Shown in pieces: positions 9,868 to 23,200 of a stretch of DNA of 64,000 nucleotides. The DNA is taken from the NCBI RefSeq assembly GCF_006345805.1, contig NC_042997.1, forward strand, positions 26,288,001 through 26,352,000, given 5' to 3'. Each line of letters opens with the position of its first letter. Position 1 is the stretch's first letter. The notes beneath the pieces were generated by a model that saw only the letters and a list, made by a program, of their open reading frames with translations, was not told the DNA's origin and made no database searches. Made by a program: the position numbers and the translations under genes. This stretch comes from Octopus sinensis (Eukaryota).

Positions 9868-12800
9868 GTTTGTGTTGAAATTAATTCTTTTTTTCTCTTT
9901 TAAACTATAAATATTTTAAACTTTACATATAACTCACCATATTTACATACATTGATGTTTATATTTTTCACTTTTCTATTACTTTTACCATGTTTTATTT
10001 TGATTACTTCCCTGCCGTTTATGCGATATTTATGTAAATATACGACCAAGGAAGGAAGGCATGACTCTTACGAATTGAACTTTTGCATCGATCTATTACA
10101 CCTTGTCTAACAGTCTACATATGAATCTCTTTGTCATAAACTCCCATTTTATTATTCTGAAAAAATAATAATAACACAAGTCAATGATATTATTTAAGGA
10201 CATTTAACAGCCTTTATTGTGCCGGCATGGATTGTACAGGTCTAACACAGCATATTGCTATGCATTTTACTTGAAAACCATCTCATTTGTGAGACCCCGG
10301 ATTCCTAAGATCTACCCTTCACCATTTCTTTATTTAAGGACATTTAACAGCCTTTATGGTTTTAGATAAACTTACAAATGATCGCTCCACTCACACCAAA
10401 TATATATTTGATAATCTTCAAATTTATTTTAAAATATGAGATACTGGATTGTTGAAAGTATTTTCTATGGAAGGGTACTGCCAGGCCCTGTTCTCTATCA
10501 CAGATGAATACCAAATGCACAAACTTATTTAATGACATAATAAATTTGGACATAAATATAACGACTACGACTCATGGTCCCGGTGCGCGCACTCGCGTAC
10601 TAGCGCATCCGCGCTAGATAGTGGTGACGAGTTGATCCTAAAACGACTACCTAGCAAAGTAAATAAAACACAAAATAAATTATTTTTTTTACACAATTTT
10701 TTTGAAAACAATATAAGTAAAACACAGAAACACAAAGTAAGTAATTTTTTTAAACAAAGTAAATAAAACAAAAACAAAGGTAAGGATCGACTAGTCACGA
10801 CTAGCCAGCGCGAGTGCGCGCACTGGGACCACTCTTCTTAAGTAGTAAGTACCCTGCCAACCTTGTCTGCAGAACAGATATTTGTTCTCTTTTACTAATC
10901 ACTGAGTAATGAAAGAGACCATATTCTTTCTGACCGGGGCTAAAGAATACCCATATGTGAGAGCTGAACGCAGGTGTTTTACGATTTAATGTTTACCTTC
11001 GGCTTGTAATGTTACCAACTTGGAAGTTTCGAGATATTTCAATCAACGTGTCTTGGAATATGTTCTTCCTTTCATTTTCTTAAGACTTTCTTGTTTCTTG
11101 AAATGGCCTTTAAACTTCTGAAGACCTCACCTCCTTTATTTTATTTTCTTTTCTTTTTCTTTTATTACAGACCCCTACCCCCCTATTTTCGAGTACGGAG
11201 ATTGTGATTCTGCAAGAAAAACGGCATTTTAAAATTTTAATCCCCCCCCCCTACTCCCTCGCAAATTTTTCAATTTTCACTTTTTTCAGAAGTTTTTCTT
11301 TTTTTTTTGCGAAATATGTATGAAAATGTGGAGATAATGATTGTAAAAAAAAAAAAATTCTGCAAAAGTGAAAATTGAAGAATTAGTGGGGGTGGGAAAT
11401 TAAAATTTTAAAATGCCTTTATTTTTTTATCATTATTATTTAGTTTTTTGGGGGGGGTTTTTTGTAGAAAAAGAATCTCTGCACTCGAAAATGGGGGATT
11501 CTATAAAAAAAAAAGAAAGAAAAAAATAACGAAAGGTCCACATTCTTTACATCTGCTATTTTCCCTAAAATATTTTAAGTTTTCTTTTTACGTTTTTGTT
11601 CCCTCACACCACCCCTTCGCTGAGCTATTATTTTTCCATGCGGTGTTGGAACATCAATTTTGTAACTCTCTGCTCAACCTGCTAGAAATAACAGCCAAAG
11701 TTCTATCAAATCCTTGCATGCTGTTAAAAAAAAGCACTGATTACAGTTAGTGATGTAGTTCTACATACAGTGTGCCTTAAAAAGTAGATAAATATATAAA
11801 CAAGCTGGTCAAAACTAGATCATCTCAGTCATGACTGACCAATAACAACTTTATTGTCAAAGCACTGTTATTCCCCTTCTATTGCATTGTACCCTCTTCT
11901 TTTGGCATCAAGTTCCCAGGCTTCAATTTTTCTTTGTCTGAATCAACAGTATCAGTATATCATCATCATCATAGTTTAACGTCCGTTTTCCATGCTAGCA
12001 TGAGTTGGACAGTTCGACCCGGGTCTGGGAAGCCAGGAGGCTGCACCAGGCTCCAGTCTGATCTGGCAGTGTTTCTACAGCTGGATGCTCTTCCTAACGC
12101 CAACCACTCTGTGAGTGTAGTGGATGCATTTTACGTGCCACTGGCACAGGGGCTAGAGGAGGTTGGTTAACGGCCACGATGGGTTGGTGCTTTCACGTGT
12201 CACTGGCACGGGTATCTTAACTACAATTTCCATTTGATTTTTATTTTGATGTTGGTGTTGACGTACTTGACTCAGTAGGTCTCCTCAAGAACAGCAGGTC
12301 GCTCTACGATCCATGGTTGGCACAGCAGGCCGTCCTGTGAGCCATGAACTCACTTCATTTGTCAGGTCTTCATAGTCACAGCATATCTCAGAGGTCTCCG
12401 TCTTCATCATTTCTTCTGTGAGGCCAGATCTGTGCTGGCATGGATTGTACAGGTCTAACACAGCATATTGCTATTCGTTTTGCTTGAAAACCATCTCATT
12501 TGTGAGACCCCGGATTCCGAAGATCTACCCTTCACCATTTCATCCTACATCTTCCTCCGTCACTGCATTCTTTTGTCAGTAGATGGCATCTCATTACTCT
12601 TTACTCAAGATCCATTCACTTCATGTATCCTTGCCAGCACTGACTTCTCTCTGTCACACATAGTCATGACCAAAAGTTTGGAACATTCTTTTTTTAAATT
12701 AAAATTGTTATATCCACCATATTACTGTAAGTGGTAATAATATATTGCAAAATGAATATAACAGGGCATTTGATGTAAAATTTCTAATTTTCAGACCCGA

Positions 12801-14255
12801 TGACTGGCATCCATGCTAGTGGAGCATTAAGAGTACCATACAAGCACAATCGTTACCTGGCACTTGTGCTGGTGGCACATGAAAAAACATTCGAGTGAGG
12901 TCGTTGCCAGTGCTGCTGGACTTGCTCCTGTGCAGGTGGCACGTAAAAAGCACCACTTGAGCATGGCTGTTGCCAGTACCGCCTGACTGGCCCTTTGTGT
13001 TGGTGGCACATAAAAGCACCCACTACACTCTCGGAGTGGTTGGCGTTAGGAAGGACATCCAACTATAGAAACTCTGCCAGATCAGATTGGAGTCTGGTGC
13101 AGCCATCTGGTTTGCTAGACCTCAGTCAAATCATCCAACCATGCTAGCAATAATGATAATATTTCAAACTTTTGGCCACAACTGTATACTGATGCTTTAA
13201 ATGCTGTGTTCACTTATGCTCCAATAATATGTGCTTATGAAATTTTGTGAAAAATGAGGAAAGAAAGTGTCAAACTGTTAGGTCCCTCTCTCTACAGACT
13301 GTTGTACCTTTTTAGTGTTGGTACAATGACACAATGTTCACTCAGTAAGGTGGTTGGTAGCAAGAAAGGCATCTGGCCATATGCCACCAGCTCAAATGCC
13401 AGTAAGGTGACGCTGGTAACGATCATATTTGAATGGTGCTTTTTACGTGCCACCGGCACAGAAGCCAGTCAGCTGCTCTGGTAGCAATCACGCTCGGATG
13501 GTGCTCTTAGCACTCCACTGGCACGGGTGCCAATATTTGTTTCTATCTCATGCTGGTAACATGTTAAAGGTACCTGTGGAGTGGTTGGCATAGAAACCAA
13601 GCCAAAACAGACGGGAGCCTGGGGCAGCTCTCCAGTTTACCAGTTCCAGTCAAACTTTCTTACCCATGGAAAATGGATGTTAAATGATGATGATGTCTTT
13701 ATGTTCTGAGTTCAGATTCTGCTCAGATTAACCCCCTGAAAGCAGTGCCTAGGATGGCCACAATCCAATGAGTGAATAAAAGCGTATGATACATGTATAA
13801 ATTTCTAATTTCTTTTTGCAGGTGGAATTCCAGAATGCTATTTCGAAACCACTGTTAAAGCGTTTTGAAATGGTGACTTCAATTATCATGAGCATAAGTA
13901 CAAAGGTAAGTACATCCTTATGGATGTTTATCTTAGTTATACTCTGAGGATCTGTAAAAGACTGGAGGTGCTTTCTCAGAGTTTTCCACCATTTATACAT
14001 TGTTCATTAACAGTATATTGGATGCCAGCATCATTTTTCTCTTCCTTCTTGCTGATATACTCTTTACTCTTTTCAGTCATTTGACTGCGGCCATGCCAGA
14101 GCACCGCCTTTAGTCGAGCAAAGCGACCCCAGAATTTATTCTTTGTAAGCCTAGTGCTTATTCTATTAGTCTCTTTTGCCAAACCGCTAAGTTACGGGGG
14201 ACTAAACACACCAGCATCGGTTTCAAGAGATGTTTGGGGTACAAACACCGAAGCA

Positions 14256-14293
<38 letters not shown>

Positions 14294-17200
14294 AAAATAT
14301 ACAACGGGCTTCTTTCAGTTTCTGTCTACCAAATCCACTCAAAAGGCTTTGGTCGCCCGAGGCTATAGTAGAAGACGCTTGCCCAAAGTGTCACGCAGTG
14401 GGAATGAACCACTCCTATACCTATATATTGATTAATAATATTAAAACTCAATTAACTTTTTTTCTTAACCCTTATACTATATGTCATTTTTTCCCAATGA
14501 AAATGTATGTAAAAGTGGAGTGTCTACTATTAGAAATAACATAGAAACTGTAGATATAAGCAGAAAAGTTGAGGTGCATACTGAAATAATTAAAGGAAAA
14601 ACTATAGCATTCATTTAGTGCTTGTTTCTCTGAATTTTCAGTGAATTTTTTTTTCTATATATGTTTCATTAGGTGAAGGCGCATGGCTCAGTGGTTAGAG
14701 CGTCGAGCTTACGATCGTGAGGTTGTGAGCTCGAATCCCGGACCGGGCTGCGTGTTGTGTTCTTGAGCAAGGCACTTTATTTCACGTTGCTCCAGTTCAC
14801 TCAGCTGTAGAAATGAGTTGCGACGTCACTGGTGCCAAGCTGTATCGGCCTTTGTCTTTCCCTTGGATAACACTGGTGGCATGGAGAGGGGAGGCTGGTA
14901 TGCATGGGCGACTGCTGGTCTTCCATAAACAACCTCGCCCGGACTTGAGTCTAGGAGGGTAACTTTCTAGGTGCAATCCCATGGTCTGTGTCGTGACCGA
15001 AGGGGGTCTTTATATGTTTCATTAAGATTAATTTTGATGTTGAAAGTTGTATGTGTGTGTCTTTTTATTTAATTTCTGTTTTGTGTTTTATGCAGGAAGC
15101 TCACCATATTTTCCCAACTATATTAGAAAGTATTTTCGGATTTGGCCATGAGCCTGGTTGGAATTTAGAATATATCAACAAGATCAAAACACCAGAAGAA
15201 TATGAATATGGCAGGGCTTTTCTGTCACCAAATGGCCCCTTAATGAAATTGGTATATCGCCTACAGTCTGATCCTTATTTATCATATGATTTCCCTTTGC
15301 ATTGTCTACCAGTAAGTATGGACATTTCGTTTTACTTTTAATGTTTTACAAACACTTAATTCTTTTGCATTTAAACTGGTCATATCAAACACAAATATTC
15401 TATGTGTTTTATGTTCAAACCAGCCAGATCAAGCCTCTCATACTTACCCTACAATGTCATTCCAAAAATAAACAATCACATGATCAACATCTGAAAACTA
15501 TGGGATAATGCATGAAGCATTACATTTGATACAGCAATCTGAATGCCTGAGAGTTAAAAATAATTTTAATTTTTCTTATACTCATGGCCCTAAAATCAAG
15601 ATTATAAATCTGTGAGGATAGTGAATCAGACAGGTTCGGCTGTGAATATATATCTATGTGTATATTTCTGTGCATAGGTGTGTGTAATTGTATGTATTTA
15701 TATATATGAATATAATATGAGACCTCTTTATTCCACAGAGATCATCCATTCAAGATCAATAAATTAAGCACCAAAGGTGGCGAGCTGGCAGAAACATTAG
15801 CACGCCGGGCAAAATGCTTAGCAATATTTCGCCTGCTTTTACATTCCGAGTTCAGATTCCGCCGAGGTTGACTTTGCCTTTCATCCTCTCAGGATTGATA
15901 AATTAAGTACCAGTTGCATACTGGAGTTGATCTAATCGACTGCCCCCCCCCTTCCCCAAAATTTCTGGCCTTTTGCCTAGAGTAGAAAAGAATAAATTAC
16001 CAGTTGAGTACTGGGGGGGTCAATGTAATCGACTAAGCCTCTCCCTCAAAATTTCTGGCCTTGTACTCAAAATTTGAAACTAATATTTGACTTCTTTTCA
16101 CTTTTTAATATATTTACTGTCTGAATTTATTCTAGGCACCAACAAGACGTTTGATTGAAGAAGGAGCTGTGCCGGTATTTTACGCCAACAAACTACAGAT
16201 GCAAGCATTTGGTCGTCCTTATCTAACTCTCAATATCCTTTTTAAATGTGCTACTACACACTTATGCATCATCATCATCGTCATTGTTTAATATCCGTCT
16301 TCCATGCTGATGATGTTTTTATTCATTTGTCTTGTAGAAACTGATTTTTTAAATTGTAAACATTTTGATGGCAGAATTGCAAAGGGTTAGACAAAATGCC
16401 TTACATCATCATCATCATCATCGTTTAACGTCCGTTCTCCATGCTAGCATGGGTTGAACGGTTCGACCGGGGATCTGGGAAGCCAGAAGGCTGCACCAGA
16501 CTCCGGTCTTATCTGGCAATGTTTCTACAGCTGGATGCCCTTCCTAACGCCAACCACTCCGTGAGTGTAGTGGGTGCTTTTTACGTGCCACCTGCACTGG
16601 TGCCAGGCGAGGCTGGCATCGGCCACGGTCGGATTGGTGTATTTTACGTGCCACCTGCACGGAAGCCAGTCGAGGCGGCACTGGCTTCGGCCACGATTCG
16701 GATTGGTGCATTTTACGTGCCACCGACACGGAAGCCAGTCGAGGTGGCGCTGGCATCGGCCACGATTCGGATAGTGCTTTTTACATATCTCCAGTTCAGG
16801 GGTCCTGGCATCTGCCGGGTGCCAGTCATAGGATTGGTTCAATTTCAATTCCGATTTAACTTGCCCCAACAGGTTTCGAAATAGCATTCTGGAATTCCAC
16901 CTGCAAAAAGAAATTAGAAATTTATACATGTATCATACGCTTTTATTCACTCATTGGATTGTGGCCATCCTAGGCACTGCTTTCAGGGGTTTCATCATAT
17001 TTATTTTTCTGATCTCTGAGGGTAATCTGAGCAGAATCTGAACTCAGAACATAAAGACATCATCATCATTTAACATCCATTTTCCATGCAGGCATGGGTA
17101 AGAAAGTTTGACTGGAACTGGTAAACTGGAGAGCTGCCCCAGGCTCCCGTCTGTTTTGGCTTGGTTTCTATGCCAACCACTCCACAGGTACCTTTAACAT

Positions 17201-20200
17201 GTTACCAGCATGAGATAGAAACAAATATTGGCACCCGTGCCAGTGGAGTGCTAAGAGCACTATCCGAGCATGATTGCTACCAGAGCAGCTAACTGGCTTC
17301 TGTGCTGGTGGCATGTAAAAAGCACCATTCAAACATGATCGTTACCAGCGTCACCTTACTGGCATTTGAGCTGGTGGCATATGGCCAGATGCTTTTCTTG
17401 CTACCAACCACCTTACTGAGTGAACATTGTGTCATTGTACCAACACTAAAAAGGTACAACAGTCTGCAGAGAGAGGGACCTAACAGTTTGACACTTTATT
17501 TCCTCATTTTTCACAAAATTTCATAAGCACATATTATTGGAGCATAAGTGAACACAGCATTTAAAGTATCAGTATACAGTTGTGGCCAAAAGTTTGAAAT
17601 ATTATCATTATTGCTAGCATGGTTGGATGATTTGACTGAGGTCTGGCAAACCAGATGGCTGCACCAGACTCCAATCTGATCTGGCAGAGTTTCTATAGCT
17701 GGATGTCCTTCCTAGCGCCAACCACTTCGAGAGTGTAGTGGGGGCTTTTATGTGCCACCAACACAAAGGGCCAGTCAGGCGGTACTGGCAACAGCCATGC
17801 TCAAGTGGTGTTTTTTGTAGGCATATTTAAATATGTCCTTAGTTTAAATCCCACCAAGGTAGACTTGGCCTTTCGTACTTCCGGAGTTGATACTAATCAA
17901 ATACTGTGATTAATTTGACTACTCTGTCCCTTACATGCAGTGATTTGATTTTTACAAATTTTCTTTGCTGCTATTTCTGGATCACCTCCTCTAATGCCCC
18001 GCACTCCATTATAGCAAGACACCTGTTTTCGCCTCTGTCCCTCTGTCACACTTTAAATCTTTTATTCTCTGACACTAGTTCCTCGCCTCAAATGCCCCTG
18101 CCCCTCTCAAAATTCTTTGTCTTGCAAGTTACTTGGTGACCCTGCCAGTGCTGGTGCCACGTAAAAAGAATCCAGTCCACACTGTAAAGTGGTTAGCATT
18201 TGGAAGGGCATCCAGCTATAAAAATCATGCCAAAACTAATTTTCCCTGTGCCAGTGCCACACAAAAAGCACTGAGTCCACTTCGATTCAATTCAATTTTT
18301 ATTGGCTCAAAAAGCAAGAGCAAGGTTATGTAGCGGGACAGAGAGTTATGTATAGGGAGGGTGGTCATGCAAAGAGTTCAGGCCATTTCTGGTCAAGAGA
18401 GTCTTTGAACCGAGCGGTCGGCGGCATCTTCACTATCTCGTCTGGCAGCTTATTCCACGGATCCGCAACCCGGACGGAGAAAGCTCCTCTTCTTTGATTT
18501 AGATGAAATCGTCATAGATAGAGCTTTGCGGAGTGACCCCGCAGCCCACGCTCTGGAGCAGGAGTGAAGAACAGCTCTTTCGAGAGGTTACACTTTCTGC
18601 TTATGATGTTGTGAGCGAGAATGAGATCGTCGTTTTTCTAGAGAATAAAGGTTGAGCGTCTTCAGCCTTTCTTCATAAGACAAATGCTTGAGACCAAGAA
18701 CTATGTGGGTAGCCAGCTTCTGGACTCTTTCGAGATGATGTATGTCTTTGAGGAGATAAGAAGAGGCTTGAATCCCGTACTCCAATATGGGTCTCACCAG
18801 TGTGACATAGAGCAGTAGGAATATGGCTGCTGTGAGCATTCTGAATGACCGTCGAATCAAAAACATCTTATACTACTCATACACAGGTTTGGCCAAAAGT
18901 CACCTGATAGTAAATCAAAACCATTTAATTCCAAGATTAAAGCAAAAAATTGTTTTATATGAGACTTCACTAATAAATAGACAAAGTTGAAAATTTAAAA
19001 AAAAAAATGAAAAACGGTGATTTTAACTCACAGCATATTCAATTATTAAACATTCATAATTGGAATGACTAAATAAAATTGAATATTAAGTATTTATGGA
19101 ATTTTGATTTACTGTCGGTTGACTTTTGGCCAACCCTGTATATATATTTCTCTTTTTATGATAAATCCTTAAATCCTTAAAAATGTTTTAGCCCGAAGGC
19201 TGCGGCCATGCTGGGGCACCACATTTTCTCACTTGATAATTTAACATTTTCCTTAACTCTTTTGTTCTTACCTCCATTTGAATTATTTCTTTTCCATTTT
19301 GCCTTTATGCTTGTGAGCCCTAAATCTAGGCTGAACTGCCCAATTTGGGGTCACTTTTCTGCTTTTTTATATCCAACTTTGGTTGAGGATTATTTAGACT
19401 ACTTGTTACCTCTGGAGAAACAGCAAATTCCAGCCATCCCTCATATGCCATCTTTGGTGCGAAGTCCTGTCATTCAGTCCCAGAATACTGGGTGAGTACT
19501 TTGTCTTACTTTTACATTTAGCTAGCAGTATCGCCTGGCATTGCTCGGGTTTGTTTCAACCCTTTAGAATTGAAATTTTTGAAAAGTAAAAATTTTGCAT
19601 TATTTAGCTTGTTATTCTCTTTAAGTGAACATTTTTCTGGTTGAAATACACCGAAAAACGGTGACACAGCCGTCAAAAAGTCGTAAAAAATAAGGATTTT
19701 CAGAGAAAAAAAGCACCTTTTTGATATAAATAATTTTTGGTCTTAACATGGTCCGATTTGAATTTTTTCTTCTATGGAAGGAAGAACAAGCCTTCTTCTA
19801 TCATACTCTCAATTTTGGTCAACTTGCACTGCAGGGTCTCGGAGTAGATAGTGTTAGTTGAAGGCTACCAAACCTGCCATACACAGACAACTTCAGCTTT
19901 ATATATATAGATTAGTTTCTCATGTGAAAGACACGAGTGTCGTACTTTCCTTCCTCTTCTCCAATAATTTTTCTACTCTGTTGCTCAGCATGATATTCTT
20001 ATTCTTGATGCTTACTACTAAAGTAGAATAATTATATTGTTGGTTTAAAGCTTGAACAAATGCAGCCAGTAAAACAGCACCAGTAATATGAGGCACAAAT
20101 ATGTCCTGTAAGTTTAAAAGTTCAGCTGATCAACACATGCAAGTATGGAAAAGTGGACACTAAACAGCGATGATAATATTTTTTGCTAGGAGTAATATAA

Positions 20201-23200
20201 AGTGTAGTGTTCTGCATTGGTTATACTTCATTAGTTCACATTCAGAGGATGAGAGTTCAAATAATTTTCAGACTAGATTGTGATATTGTTTTTTGAATCA
20301 TCATCATCGTTTAACGTCCACTTTCCATGCTAGCATGGGTTGGACGATTTGACTGAGGGCTGGCGAACCAGATGGCTGCACCAGGCTTCAATCTTGATCT
20401 GGCAGAGTTTCTACAGCTGGATGCCCTTCCTAATGCTAAACACTCTGAGAGTGTAGTGTCTGCTTTTACGTGCCACCAGCACTGGGTCAGTCAGGCGGTA
20501 CTGGCAACGACCTCGCTTGAATCTTTTTACACATGTCACTGGCACAGGTGCCAGTAAGGCGATGCTGGTAATGATCACGCTCGAATGATGCCTTTTACAT
20601 GTCACTGGCGCAGAGGTCAGTTAGCCGCTCTGGCAACGATCACGCTCAGATGGTGCTCTTAGCATCCTACTAGCACGGGGCTCATGTGCCAGTAAGGCGA
20701 TTCTGGTAACAATCACACTTGAATGGTGCCTTTTATGTGCCACTGGCACGGAAGCCGGTTAGCTGCTCTGTCAACGATCACACTCGTATGGTGCACTTTG
20801 CACTCCTCTAGCACGGATGCCAGTCATCGATTTTGATTTCACTTGCCTTGAAACAATAATTTTCTTTATATCTTTTACCTTCAAGTAATTAAAATAAAGA
20901 AACGCCTATGTTATCTTGGTACTAAGTCTCATTGTTATTTCTATTTCCAGTTCACCAATCCAATCCAGTCACTCGTCTGTTTCTCCAAAATACATTCCTG
21001 GTCTTCGATTATTCAAATCCAGTGTTGTCACTGCTCAGAAACAACCTTTCAAATCTCCATCAGTCCTTGATCAATCTGGTACAGAAATGTGGCATTCGGA
21101 AGCCCTTATTCAGGTAAAACTTTAAGAAACATACTTTACATTTTCCAATTCAGTGTCTGTTTCTTTATTCATTATCAATTTCATATTTTACATTCAGTCA
21201 TCCTTTTTTCATTGTGAGAAAATTACAGGTGGATAATCTTCTGTTTTTATAGTGAAGTAGCTTTTTTCATAAGCTTGAATTACTGTGAAACTTCCCCTAA
21301 AAATGGCAATATATGGCATGGCAAATTGGGCATTTGATATTTTGACATTCTTTTATCTTTTACTTGCTTTAGTCATTGGACTACAACCATACTGGGGCAC
21401 TGCTGTGAAGAATTTTAGTTGAGCTAATCAATCCTAATACATATTTTAATTTCTGCCTTGCTCGACTGCTAATATGTAAACAAACCAACACTGATTGTCA
21501 AATGATAGTGGGGGACAAACACAAAGACACACATATATACATATATCATCATCATCATCATCATCATCATGATTAATGTCCATTTTCCATGCTGGTGTGG
21601 GTCGGACGGTTTGACTGAGGTCTGGAGAGCCAGTGGCTGCACCAAGTTCCAATCTGGTCTGGCAGAGCTCCTACAGCCGGATGCCCTTCCTAACACCAAC
21701 CACTCCAAGAGTGTAGTGGGTGCTTTTTATGTGCCACTGGCACAGGGGCCAGTAAAACGTGCCTGACAATGATCATGTTTGAATAGTGCTTTTTATATGC
21801 CACCGGTGCAGGAGCCAGTCAGTGGGTACTGGCATCAGTCACGATCGGTTGGTGCTTTTTATGTGCCACCAGCACAGGAGACACTTAGGCGGACCTGGTA
21901 TCGACCATGTTCAGATGGTGCTTTTTACGTGCCACCGGTACAGGAGCCAGTCAGGGGACACTGGCCCCGCTATGATATTAATTTTACTTGACACAACAGG
22001 TCTTCTCTAACATATCATATCGCCTGACACATGAGAAGTATTCTTAACAAGGCTGTAAGTGCGTGGCTGCGATCTCACTTTAGTTGCCGGGTCTTTTCAA
22101 TAACAGCATAACTCCAAAGGTCCTGGTCTCCTGTCATTGCCTCTGTGAGGCCCAATGTTCGAAGGTCATGCTTCACCACCTCATCCTATGTCTTTCTGGG
22201 TCTACCTCTTCCACAGGTTCCTTCTACAGTTAGGGAGTGGCACTTCCTCACACAGCTCTCTTAATTCATACCTAACACGGGACCATACCAGCACAGATGC
22301 CTCTCTTGCACACCACATTTGATGCTTCTTATGCCCAATATTTTATACTCAGGGCCCTTATGCTCTGTCATGTATGCACACTGACATTACACATCCAGCA
22401 GATCATACTAGCTTAATTTCTTTCAAGCCTACGCATGTCCTCAGCATTAATGGCCCATGTTTCACTGCCACGTAGCATGGCAGTTCACACACATGCATCA
22501 TACAGTCTACCTTTCACTCTGAGCAAGAGGGCCTTAGTTGCCCGCAGAGATAAAGGCTCCTTGAACTTTGCCCAGGCTATTCTTACTCTAGTCGCTGCAC
22601 TCTCAGAGCAACCACCCCCACTACAGACTTGGTTGCCTAGATAGCAGAAGCTATTAACTACTAGTTTCTTCCCCTGGCATGTGATGCCCTAACCCTAAAA
22701 CCTTAAAGCTAAAACCTGAACAAATGCACAAACGATGTCATAAATAATAGTGACAAACGAAAAATACACCACCAATAGTTGTTGTTGACAAACGACGGCA
22801 GTAATTTTATTCAGCTGAATACACGTCATTGATTGGTTGAAATTACCGAAATATGACAACTTTAACATGAAATAACTTCATAAACATAAAGTTTTCTCAA
22901 AAACGCTAAGAATAAAAGATATTTTATATGAAACATTATACCAGTATACGAAGTTTGAAAGTGTTTGGTTACAAAAAATTATTTTCTAAATCTGCTGGTC
23001 AAATGGTAAAGATCCCTAAAACCTGATGGTCGATTGTGTAATTGCATTGAAACTTAATTATGTTGAGAATAAATTAAAGCTAATGGGCCTAATTACCTCG
23101 TGTATTAAAAAGTTACTTCAGTCATGTTCTAACTGTGACATCTTAAAACCTAAAGCCTAAACTAAGAGTCATAAAGAAAATCTATTTATGTTGTGTATCT

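Larger units (their letters stand above)
16233..19271 (+). other. SMPD4: U12-type (minor spliceosome) AT-AC intron 4 of SMPD4
   Basis: 5' splice site ATATCCTTT; branch site TTTTCCTTAAC at 19247-19257; 3' splice site ...cttAC at 19271; splicing gives LTL-T-PFE (human LALNPFE). Confidence 0.93.

Noticed and set aside
16175-19191. Alternative GT-AG boundaries for intron 4 (GT at ~16175, AG at ~19191)
   Set aside because: Would drop the conserved YANKLQ segment and add SINE-tail-derived residues; the U12 signals fit exactly
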